Assembly (NCBI GenBank): GCA_943354075.1
Contig: CALRBL010000001.1
Location: forward strand, 1 to 24,173
DNA from: Candidatus Nomurabacteria bacterium
Lineage (GTDB): Bacteria > Patescibacteriota > Minisyncoccia > Phycocordibacterales > CALRBL01
DNA: 24,173 nt
Direction of reading: 5' to 3'
The first letter of the stretch is position 1, and each line of letters begins with the position of its first letter. Below are positions 7,441 to 14,646 of this stretch, piece by piece. A program made the translations under genes and the position numbers. The notes under the pieces are model-generated. The model was not told the DNA's origin, did not search any database, and worked only from the letters and a program-made list of their open reading frames with translations.

Positions 7441-7929
7441 TTATTCTGTGGTTAAAACAGGAACCGAAAGTGTGAATGATCCTTCCCATCCGGAAGTAAA
7501 CATCACTCGTGATAATACTAGAGGATATTTTGATCGTTCAAAGCGTGCCAAAAGTGTATTAAGATTTTCAAACGATCCATTAGCTTCGATAACCATACTG
7601 AGCATCTTGATGGGACTCGATCCATCAGAAACACTCTCACTCAAAGAAAGTGTATCGCATGAAAGTGAGAGCTCTGCGCAGGCAGATTCGATCGACGAAA
7701 CAAACTCTGCCTGTTCTCCATCTTTTATGAAATACGAAGAAAGCTTTCCTCGAGCTTCCCCTTCTTCTTTGATAAGATTATCAGCATTTTTAATTTCTCC
7801 GGCAAAGTTATGTCGCTTCTCCCCCATCTTGATAAGAGAATAGAAAAGATACGCATAGAGTGCACCGAGAAGTACCACACTACCCGCGAGAGTGATGAGA
7901 GTGATTGTAGTTGGTGATAATTTTTTCAT
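7441..7929 (-). CDS. Type IV pilus PilO-like protein
   Basis: N-terminal TM plus coiled region; FVSSIE..., EANGSFENLNTLLARFE (cf. GxYxxLxxFLxxLE); follows pilM and pilN. Confidence 0.7.
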   Translation of the reverse strand: MKKLSPTTITLITLAGSVVLLGALYAYLFYSLIKMGEKRHNFAGEIKNADNLIKEEGEARGKLSSYFIKDGEQAEFVSSIESACAELSLSCDTLSLSESVSDGSSPIKMLSMVIEANGSFENLNTLLARFERSKYPLVLSRVMFTSGWEGSFTLSVPVLTTE

Positions 7930-7933
7930 ATAG

Positions 7934-8467
7934 TTATGGTAGTGCTATCTGAATAGTAAACGGAGCATCGACACTCTTTGCAATATTATCGATGGGAAGC
8001 GAAGCATTCTTAAATTCTTTCTGTGTACGAAGAGTGGAATGGAATGAGATGAGACTCGCACGTGTCGCCGCTTTACCCCTGATCGTCACTTGCTTATCAA
8101 CAATTTCAATCGCTTCTATTACTATGCCGTCATTTTTTTTGGCAAAAATATCGCTGATGATCTTCCCTGCCGGATAGGTTGCTTTCATTTCGGAAACACG
8201 CACTTCGAGATAATCAACTAAGACTTTGTTCGATGCGGAAAGTCTGGCAGCTTCATCGATCGAAGCTTTCGAATTCTTCTGTTCAGCTTCTTGCTTCTTC
8301 TCTTCCAAATTGTTTATCTCCGAATTCTGACTTACATATGAAGGAAAGAGTCCGACCCCCGCGATAACAAGTAGAATACACAAGAAAGAAACAATGGTAA
8401 CAGAAAGTCGAAGATTGTATTCTTTGATCAAAATCTTTTTTTCTTCCTGTGGTAATAGATTAAGCAT
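7934..8467 (-). CDS. pilN: Type IV pilus PilN-like protein
   Basis: MLNLLP N-terminus, TM helix, VTIRGKA, F-x-N-A-x-L region; follows pilM. Confidence 0.8.
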   Translation of the reverse strand: MLNLLPQEEKKILIKEYNLRLSVTIVSFLCILLVIAGVGLFPSYVSQNSEINNLEEKKQEAEQKNSKASIDEAARLSASNKVLVDYLEVRVSEMKATYPAGKIISDIFAKKNDGIVIEAIEIVDKQVTIRGKAATRASLISFHSTLRTQKEFKNASLPIDNIAKSVDAPFTIQIALP

Positions 8468-8476
8468 AGTTTTGTA

Positions 8477-9547
8477 TTATTCGTTTTCAGGGAGTGCAAG
8501 TCCAATTGCAGTACCGAAATTAATTGCCATCGTAAGTGGAACAGGTGGCACATATTCCTCAACAGACGCAATATTCGCCCACACGTTACCCGCCTCAATC
8601 GGCACATGAAGCGACTGCGCAAGATATTCTTTGAATCCCAACGTAAGCGCTTCTTTACCAGCAAGAATAATTTTCTGAATGGATTCAGTTGCATCTACAC
8701 TGACACGATGTTTGTTCCAATATATGTATACTTTTTCCATCTCCTGACGGAAAGCAGATGCCGTACTAATGAGCGCAGATAATACTTCATTGTCATCGGT
8801 ACGAGTAAATCCTTTTGATTGCTTGAGCTTTTCAGCTTCTTCCACACTTAGAGAAAATTGTTTTTGAAGTGCTGTCACGAAATCAATTGACCCAATAGGA
8901 ACTGTTGAAGTGAATTGCACCGCACCCTTACTGATAATAAACACGGTCGTCTTGGTGGTATGAATATTAACAATCAGATACGTATTCTGATCACCACGAG
9001 TAACCAGTGCTCTCGATAATCCTTGTGCTTCGATGAGAAAAGAAACAGGAGTAAGACCACACTCATGAAAGAATGTGATGTACGCATTGATCACCTCAAG
9101 AGGAAGCACGGTCACGGCAACTTTTACAAAACCTTCTTTGGTACTATCACCGATGAGACGATAATCAAAAATAACATCTGCACCGGAAAGAGGTACATTT
9201 TCCTCCAGAGAAAATTCGATCGAGCTTCTCATACTTGTTTCCGTACCAAATTCGATCTCAGTATCAAAAAGATATGCCTTGTCTTCAGGTAAAGAAGCCT
9301 TGATGTATTCGAGTTTGTATTCCTTCTTCCACTTTTTAAGAATTTCTTTTGCCTCTTTGTGATCTCCTTCTGCGATAAGAAATGGCTCTGTGAGAGTGGC
9401 TTCAGCATACTTCCCTACTTCGAGGCGTGATCGATCGGTGATCTCTATCATACGAATAGCGAGAGGAGAAATATCTATACCAACCGACGCAAGGTCTAGG
9501 AATTTTGGTGCGGGAAAATATTTTGAGAAAAAGATATGCGCTGACAT
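8477..9547 (-). CDS. pilM: Type IV pilus assembly protein PilM (actin-like)
   Basis: VGIDIS, VPLS..DVIFDY, IEAQGLSR, PIGSIDF, ILAGKEA, AIGLAL. Confidence 0.9.
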   Translation of the reverse strand: MSAHIFFSKYFPAPKFLDLASVGIDISPLAIRMIEITDRSRLEVGKYAEATLTEPFLIAEGDHKEAKEILKKWKKEYKLEYIKASLPEDKAYLFDTEIEFGTETSMRSSIEFSLEENVPLSGADVIFDYRLIGDSTKEGFVKVAVTVLPLEVINAYITFFHECGLTPVSFLIEAQGLSRALVTRGDQNTYLIVNIHTTKTTVFIISKGAVQFTSTVPIGSIDFVTALQKQFSLSVEEAEKLKQSKGFTRTDDNEVLSALISTASAFRQEMEKVYIYWNKHRVSVDATESIQKIILAGKEALTLGFKEYLAQSLHVPIEAGNVWANIASVEEYVPPVPLTMAINFGTAIGLALPENE

Positions 9548-9572
9548 CTCTTAAATTATATCACAGAGCGTA

Positions 9573-9902
9573 CTAGGAAAGACGACTACCTGAAGCAATA
9601 GGAGAAGTAGGTTCGATGAGAGAAAAGTTTCCTTCAGTATCAGAAACAGCCATGATCATACCGTTGCTTTCAAAACCTCGAATGGTACGTGGCTCAAGAT
9701 TGGTAACAAAAGGAAATTTCTTTCCGACAAGTGTTTGAGGATCGGGAAAATGTATCGCGATACCAGAGAGGATCTGACGTGGAGCTTCTTCTTTGAAATC
9801 CACCGTGAATCTGATGAGCTTGTCTGCACCTTCTACTTTTTCAGCAGTGAGAATCTCTCCAATCTTTATTTCTACCTTTTTGAAATCGTCTATATTGATC
9901 AT
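9573..9902 (-). CDS. Stand-alone tRNA-binding OB-fold protein (MetG C-terminal/Trbp111/CsaA family)
   Basis: INIDDFKKVEIKIGEI, GADKL, RQILSGI, NLEPRTIRGFESNGMI. Confidence 0.9.
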   Translation of the reverse strand: MINIDDFKKVEIKIGEILTAEKVEGADKLIRFTVDFKEEAPRQILSGIAIHFPDPQTLVGKKFPFVTNLEPRTIRGFESNGMIMAVSDTEGNFSLIEPTSPIASGSRLS

Positions 9903-10297
9903 GCGACAAGTATATCGTTATTTTTTCTGTCTAAAAAGCTCTTGAGAATGAGTGCTGCTGCAGAAGCATGAGTCTTCTCTCCCCCGCCCTGAATATGGCG
10001 TGCTTCGACGGAAGTCATGAACTCGGGTTCAAAATGTACCGGCATCCCCGCTTTGTCTGCAAGCTCTTCTGCAAAAAGACGTGCTTTTTTCATGATGGGA
10101 TTATCTACTCCTTCAAAATTCTTTGATTCACCAATGACGATCTCGGACACCTTCTTTTCGGAGACAATCGACAATACGTCGTCGATAAGTCCCGCCCCGC
10201 CCATGAGAGTGGCCTGTGGGAACGCCATGGTGCCATCATCATTCGACACACTGATACCAACATGCTTTTCGCCAAAATCGATGCCGAGGTATTTCAT
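9899..10297 (-). CDS. ruvX: YqgF/RuvX family nuclease
   Basis: MKYLGIDFGEKHVGISVS, IVIG, EFMTSVEA, ASAAALILKSFLD. True start 10297 has TACTAT 6 nt upstream; the longer ORF-track start is antisense to the HNH gene. Confidence 0.92.
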   Translation of the reverse strand: MKYLGIDFGEKHVGISVSNDDGTMAFPQATLMGGAGLIDDVLSIVSEKKVSEIVIGESKNFEGVDNPIMKKARLFAEELADKAGMPVHFEPEFMTSVEARHIQGGGEKTHASAAALILKSFLDRKNNDILVA

Positions 10298-10339
10298 GCG
10301 TCCATAGTATGCGGAAACACAGATTGATACAATAGCAGA

Positions 10340-10828
10340 ATGTCTGAACAATATATCAGAAAACCTAATACACAATGTAGAATATGCAAAAAACCAATCT
10401 ACCGAAGACCTTGCCAAATAATGCAAGGTGGAGTATTTTGTGGAGTAGTCTGCTACGGTAATTCTAATAGAAAAGAAACTCCATGCCTCGTCTGTGGCAA
10501 ACCAATCATGGCTAGTTTTAATAAGAAGACCTGTAGCAGAAGCTGTGCAAACATTCATAGAGCCGGCATTACCTACAAAAACAACAGACCACACGATAAA
10601 GTAAAGTATCAAAGGGGCCTGAAAGTAAGGCTGTTGGATGATAGAGGAGAAAAATGTGCGCGCTGCGAATATGCAAAAATCGAGATATTGCAGATACATC
10701 ATAAGGATAGGGATAGGGAAAATAATGAGCTATCCAATCTGGAACTTATTTGCCCCAACTGTCATTATGAAGAACATTTTTTAGAAAAAAGTTGGTTAAA
10801 AAAACGGAGGAGTGGCTCGAGAGGTTGA
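10340..10828 (+). CDS. Zn-finger HNH endonuclease-like protein (stop inside tRNA-Ser)
   Basis: CRIC..FCGVVC, CLVC..TCSRSC, CARC, QIHHKDRDRENNELSNLELICPNCHYEEH; TACAAT 6 nt upstream. Confidence 0.88.
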   Translation: MSEQYIRKPNTQCRICKKPIYRRPCQIMQGGVFCGVVCYGNSNRKETPCLVCGKPIMASFNKKTCSRSCANIHRAGITYKNNRPHDKVKYQRGLKVRLLDDRGEKCARCEYAKIEILQIHHKDRDRENNELSNLELICPNCHYEEHFLEKSWLKKRRSGSRG

Positions 10829-10893
10829 TGGCACCGCACTTGAAATGCGGCATCCGGGAAACTGGATCGTGAGTTCGAATCTCACCTCCTCCG
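10806..10893 (+). tRNA. tRNA-Ser(UGA)
   Basis: GGAGGAG/CTCCTCC-G, CCGCA-CTTGAAA-TGCGG, long variable arm ATCCGG-GAAA-CTGGAT, GTGAG-TTCGAAT-CTCAC. Confidence 0.95.
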
Positions 10894-10937
10894 CACAGTA
10901 ATACTATCGGGTTGATTGAACATCAGATTGAATGGAG

Positions 10938-10964
10938 AACGCAAGGTAAAACCTAGCGTTTTTT
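10938..10964 (+). terminator. Probable terminator after tRNA-Ser
   Basis: AACGC-A-AGGT-AAA-ACCT-A-GCGTT followed by TTTT. Confidence 0.55.
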
Positions 10965-10976
10965 CATTTAGTGAGC

Positions 10977-11026
10977 AGTTCTGAAGTAGGAAACAAAGAA
11001 AATGCAGTTTTAAGCACTTCAGAACT
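10977..11026. repeat. 11-bp inverted repeat with 28-nt spacer
   Basis: AGTTCTGAAGT (10977-10987) and ACTTCAGAACT (11016-11026). Confidence 0.6.
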
Positions 11027-11050
11027 TGTTAAATCTACTTTCTTAAAAAG

Positions 11051-11112
11051 TGGACAGAGGTTGAAATTAGTGTAATCTACCCCTGAACCTCAACCCACCT
11101 GAAAGGAGGTGA
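11051..11112 (+). promoter_or_regulatory. Putative sigma70-like promoter and strong SD of the XRE gene
   Basis: TGGACA-16 nt-TAATCT (11051-11078); AAGGAGGTGA (11103-11112) just before ATG 11116. Confidence 0.55.
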
Positions 11113-11115
11113 AAA

Positions 11116-11496
11116 ATGAAAGAGTATCTTCTACATGACACATTGGGTCAGTACCTGTGCAATCTACGAACGTGTGCTGGCTTATCCCAAACCGAACTGG
11201 CAAGCAAAATCCGTCCGACTCACAAAAACGGAAACAAGTTTGTCTCTCGAATGGAAAAAGATGAGCAAACTCCAACCGCAGAAGAATTGGTCAAGATCGC
11301 CGAAGCAGTTGGATGCGACAAGGACATGCTACTGGAGGCAAGCCATTACTTTGCTCAAGGTAACAGTGCAGACGACAAGATCGACCTTCGCCCTCTCCTT
11401 ACCAAGCTTGGGCAGGCTGCAGACCTCGTCACTCCCCAGCACCTCGCAGTCGCGATTAAGCATTTCGTTGCCCTCAGTAAAGTCGGAGGGGTATGA
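11116..11496 (+). CDS. XRE/HTH_3-family transcriptional regulator
   Basis: LGQYLCNLRTCAGLSQTELA...VSRMEKDEQTPTAEELVKIAEAVG pattern, strong SD, downstream terminator. Confidence 0.85.
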   Translation: MKEYLLHDTLGQYLCNLRTCAGLSQTELASKIRPTHKNGNKFVSRMEKDEQTPTAEELVKIAEAVGCDKDMLLEASHYFAQGNSADDKIDLRPLLTKLGQAADLVTPQHLAVAIKHFVALSKVGGV

Positions 11497-11504
11497 TCCC
11501 TCAG

Positions 11505-11539
11505 AACGCTCCGGTTTCGGCTGGGGCGTTTTTTATTTT
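11505..11539 (+). terminator. Intrinsic terminator (UUCG loop)
   Basis: AACGCTCCGGT-TTCG-GCTGGGGCGTT (11 bp with G:U pairs), then TTTTATTTT. Confidence 0.8.
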
Positions 11540-11651
11540 ATTCAGATATTTACCAAGAGAAAGTAAGTTCTCCTTAATTATTTTCCAATCCACAGTTCTG
11601 AACGCATCTAACCACTCCCGCAAAATATGACTTTCCTTGTATAATATGACT

Positions 11652-12152
11652 ATGGAAATCCCCGAAGTAAAACTAAACAGAGCAAAAGAACTCATTCACA
11701 CAAGTAGGCATATTGCACTTGCTACCACAAACGCAGACGGTTCACCTCACAATAGTCCTGTTAGATTTTTCTATGATGAAAAACTTGAAAATATATATTG
11801 GGGTTCAAATACCGAAGCGTTGCATTCTCAAAACATATTAAGAGCGGGTCAGATATTTGCGGTTTTATTCGACAGAATAGAATTTGGTGGTGTGTATATA
11901 AAATGTGAAGATGGTCATATACTTGAAGGCTATGAATTAGAAGCAGGACTTCAGATTACTAACGCTTCTAGGACAAAGGAGGGACAACAAAAAATTACCC
12001 CAGATTATTATTCAGCAGGAAGTGTCCAAAAAATGTGGTCAGCAAAAATTACTAATTTGTGGATAAATATGCCCATGAGAGATGAAAATGGCTATATATT
12101 AAGAGATGAGAGAGTGGAATTGGAAAGAAGTATTTTACTAAAAAATATTTAA
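11652..12152 (+). CDS. Pyridoxamine 5'-phosphate oxidase-like (FMN-binding split barrel) protein
   Basis: HIALATTNADGSPHNSPVRF, YWGS...HSQNI. Start 11652 has TATAAT 6 nt upstream. Confidence 0.8.
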   Translation: MEIPEVKLNRAKELIHTSRHIALATTNADGSPHNSPVRFFYDEKLENIYWGSNTEALHSQNILRAGQIFAVLFDRIEFGGVYIKCEDGHILEGYELEAGLQITNASRTKEGQQKITPDYYSAGSVQKMWSAKITNLWINMPMRDENGYILRDERVELERSILLKNI

Positions 12153-12212
12153 ATATAAATAGACAGATACGTATATTTGACCACTAAAACGAGGAGGGGT
12201 ATTATATTACAT

Positions 12213-12485
12213 ATGTCTGATCTCCAATTTGAAGAAAATAATGTTTCAGCATTTCAATCAAGAATAATCCTTGGTAAGGCAGTAACACCCAAGATGATCA
12301 CCTTTCTCATCAATAGGGGTATTGTCAAAGATCAGAAAACTGCCGGAAAATTTCTACTTGGTATATGTATAATTTTTATACTTGCCTCTATTTTAATACT
12401 TGCCGTATTTGTTTTTGATGTAAATCTTACAAAAAAAGATACCCGCAACGGTCCAGGAATAGGACCCCTAAAAGAAAGAATATGA
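12213..12485 (+). CDS. Hypothetical single-TM protein
   Basis: Start MSDLQFEE has TATTAT 7 nt upstream; one TM helix; ATGA overlap with the pilin. Confidence 0.65.
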   Translation: MSDLQFEENNVSAFQSRIILGKAVTPKMITFLINRGIVKDQKTAGKFLLGICIIFILASILILAVFVFDVNLTKKDTRNGPGIGPLKERI

Positions 12486-12958
12486 GAAAAGGATTCACAT
12501 TAATAGAGCTGTTGGTTGTCATCTCCATTATCGGACTTTTATCAAGTATCGTATTAGCATCACTGAATACAGCAAGGCAAAAAGCTGAGATCGCAAAGGT
12601 AGCATCAGAAATGAAAAGTATCCAATTAGCGCTTGAATTGTATTATGACAGCAATAATGAATACCCTAATAATCCGCTATCAGATGTAAATCCATATAGC
12701 ACCGGAAATTTCACTTCTGGACTCGATCCTTTGGTCACTAGCGGATATCTTCCACTGGTTCCGACGTGGGACACAAATAAATATGAATACTTCTATTTTG
12801 TAGGTGACATACCTTTACTCGGTTATACTTGCGGAGGAGTGACCCCTACGTCTTACCTACTCGTCATAATAGATGTGGTAAACGCTTCAGTATTTCCTTT
12901 AGGTGTACTTGATGATGGTGTTGGTGGTCTTACAGGATACTACTGCATCTCTTCCTAG
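12482..12958 (+). CDS. Type IV pilin/pseudopilin (class III signal peptide)
   Basis: MRKG|FTLIELLVVISIIGLLSSIVLASL (G-1/F+1/E+5); C-terminal Cys pair. Confidence 0.93.
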   Translation: MRKGFTLIELLVVISIIGLLSSIVLASLNTARQKAEIAKVASEMKSIQLALELYYDSNNEYPNNPLSDVNPYSTGNFTSGLDPLVTSGYLPLVPTWDTNKYEYFYFVGDIPLLGYTCGGVTPTSYLLVIIDVVNASVFPLGVLDDGVGGLTGYYCISS

Positions 12959-12992
12959 TAGCTTACTCAGTAGCACGTGATATAATTCTTTT

Positions 12993-13466
12993 ATGGAATC
13001 AATGATCTCCTGGAAAGCATACGAGTACATTCACGAGCCTAAAAGTGCTGATTGGTATTGGGCACTTGGCATCATCGCACTTGCTGTCGCGGGAGCTGCG
13101 ATAATTTTCGGAAACTATATTTTCGCAATTCTCGTTCTCATCGTCGCGATTTCTCTTGCCATCCACGCACATCATCACTCCCCTCGTCTTGTCGACTTTC
13201 AACTGAATGAACGAGGAGTAAAGATCGATCATATTTTCTATCCCTACAAAACACTCGAATCATTTGATATCGAAACCCACGAGACCGAGATCGGAACTTT
13301 TGCTAAAATCTTCATCAAGTCCAAAAAAACCATGATGCCCCTCATCGTGATCCCTATAGCCGAGGTTCACCCTGAAGATGTGCGCGAATATCTTTCGATC
13401 TTTCTCGAAGAAGGTGAGCATACTGAAAGCGTGGGACATCGTCTGCTTGAATGGCTCGGATTTTAG
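12993..13466 (+). CDS. Conserved hypothetical 2-TM protein with C-terminal beta-rich (bPH-like) domain
   Basis: W-x-AYEY...DWYW, two TM helices, then FQLNERGVKID..YPY..F; TATAAT 6 nt upstream. Confidence 0.75.
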   Translation: MESMISWKAYEYIHEPKSADWYWALGIIALAVAGAAIIFGNYIFAILVLIVAISLAIHAHHHSPRLVDFQLNERGVKIDHIFYPYKTLESFDIETHETEIGTFAKIFIKSKKTMMPLIVIPIAEVHPEDVREYLSIFLEEGEHTESVGHRLLEWLGF

Positions 13467-13519
13467 TTTTATTTGATTTTTATATTGATACCCGTGCTCG
13501 CGGGTTATAAAATGAAGGG

Positions 13520-14194
13520 ATGGTGAGGAAGGAATTAAGAAGACAAGCCGAAAAATTGAGAGATGATGGGAAATCCTATCAAGATATCTCGCGTGAATTA
13601 GGTGTGGCAAAAAGTACGCTTTCGTATTGGTTTAATACTACCTCTCATTACTTGGACACATCAGAGAAACAACTGGAACATCTTAAAAGAGCTCGTATTT
13701 TGGCTCTAGAGGCAATACAAGATAAACAAACAAAGAAGAGGCTGGACTTGGAAAAAAGTGTTACTTTAGATTTTAGTGCTCGTGATATTAATTCACTCTT
13801 TACGAAGAAAATTGCTCTTTCTATGCTGTATTGGGCAGAAGGAACAAAGCACAAAAGAGCCGGAGGTCTAACCTTCACAAATACCGATCCCATGCTTATA
13901 AAAACATTTGTCTCACTTCTTAAAACCGTATTCGATATTGATCTATCAAAAATAAGATTGCGATTAGCCATACATAGTTACCACAATGAAAAAGAGTGTA
14001 AAATATTCTGGTCAAACCTTACAGGAATCGAGTTGGATCAATTCAATAAAACATACTTGAAACCAAGAAGTCTTACGAAGAAATTCCGGCAAAACTTCAT
14101 GGGAATCTGCTTTGTATATTATCCAAATGGTGGTATAAGAAAGGAGATATTAGAAATCGGCAGACAATATTGCAGCCACATATCGCTCCCGTAG
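13520..14194 (+). CDS. HTH + LAGLIDADG-like protein (stop inside tRNA-Arg)
   Basis: N-terminal HTH GKSYQDISRELGVAKSTLSYW; LAGLIDADG-like ALSMLYWAEG, then LTFTNTD..LIKTF; TAAAAT 6 nt upstream. Confidence 0.75.
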   Translation: MVRKELRRQAEKLRDDGKSYQDISRELGVAKSTLSYWFNTTSHYLDTSEKQLEHLKRARILALEAIQDKQTKKRLDLEKSVTLDFSARDINSLFTKKIALSMLYWAEGTKHKRAGGLTFTNTDPMLIKTFVSLLKTVFDIDLSKIRLRLAIHSYHNEKECKIFWSNLTGIELDQFNKTYLKPRSLTKKFRQNFMGICFVYYPNGGIRKEILEIGRQYCSHISLP

Positions 14195-14256
14195 TTAAAT
14201 GGATATAATAGTAGCTTGCGGAGTTACTGTTCCAAGTTCGATTCTTGGCGGGAGCA
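14185..14256 (+). tRNA. tRNA-Arg(GCG)
   Basis: GCTCCCG/CGGGAGC-A, D arm GTTA-AATGGATA-TAAT (like the Arg-UCU tRNA here), GTAGC-TTGCGGA-GTTAC, CCAAG-TTCGATT-CTTGG. Confidence 0.9.
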
Positions 14257-14302
14257 CATGATTACATTCAATAGGAGTATGTGGACTATATAAAATAGAC
14301 CA

Positions 14303-14340
14303 ACAAAAAAACCGCTCTACATTTGAGGCGGTTTTTTTGT
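14303..14340. terminator. Bidirectional terminator between tRNA-Arg and rpsT
   Basis: Perfect 13-bp inverted repeat ACAAAAAAACCGC/GCGGTTTTTTTGT. Confidence 0.85.
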
Positions 14341-14347
14341 TTCTTTC

Positions 14348-14611
14348 TTAGCTTAGCTTCTTAATCGCCTTCGCGAGACGTGATTTCTTTCTTGAAGCGG
14401 TGTTTTTCTTGATAATTCCGTTCTTGGCTGCCTTGTCGAGTGCTTTGTAAGCAAGAGTAAGAGCCTCTTTGGTTCCCTCTTTAGTCTTTGAAACAACGAG
14501 CTTCTTGACAACTTTTACGGTCTTCGCCATCTTCTCCTTTGCGGCGAGATTGACGACACGCTTTCGCTTTGATGAGCGGAGCGCTTTCTTTGCTGATGAT
14601 GTGATTGGCAT
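14348..14611 (-). CDS. rpsT: 30S ribosomal protein S20
   Basis: MPITSSAKKALR, AYKALDKAAKNGIIKKNTASRKKSRL. Confidence 0.97.
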   Translation of the reverse strand: MPITSSAKKALRSSKRKRVVNLAAKEKMAKTVKVVKKLVVSKTKEGTKEALTLAYKALDKAAKNGIIKKNTASRKKSRLAKAIKKLS

Positions 14612-14646
14612 AGGGGAAAATTAACACAATACTGTATAATACGCAA

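Noticed and set aside
10298-10702. Long N-terminal extension of RuvX in the ORF track
   Set aside because: It is antisense to the HNH gene; the YqgF motif starts at 10297 with its own -10 box. The same reasoning applies to 1906-2106.
11501-11695. Minus-strand 64-aa ORF as an intact gene
   Set aside because: It overlaps the start of the PNPOx-like gene and the XRE terminator and lacks a promoter signal; at most a relic, covered in the att-site finding.
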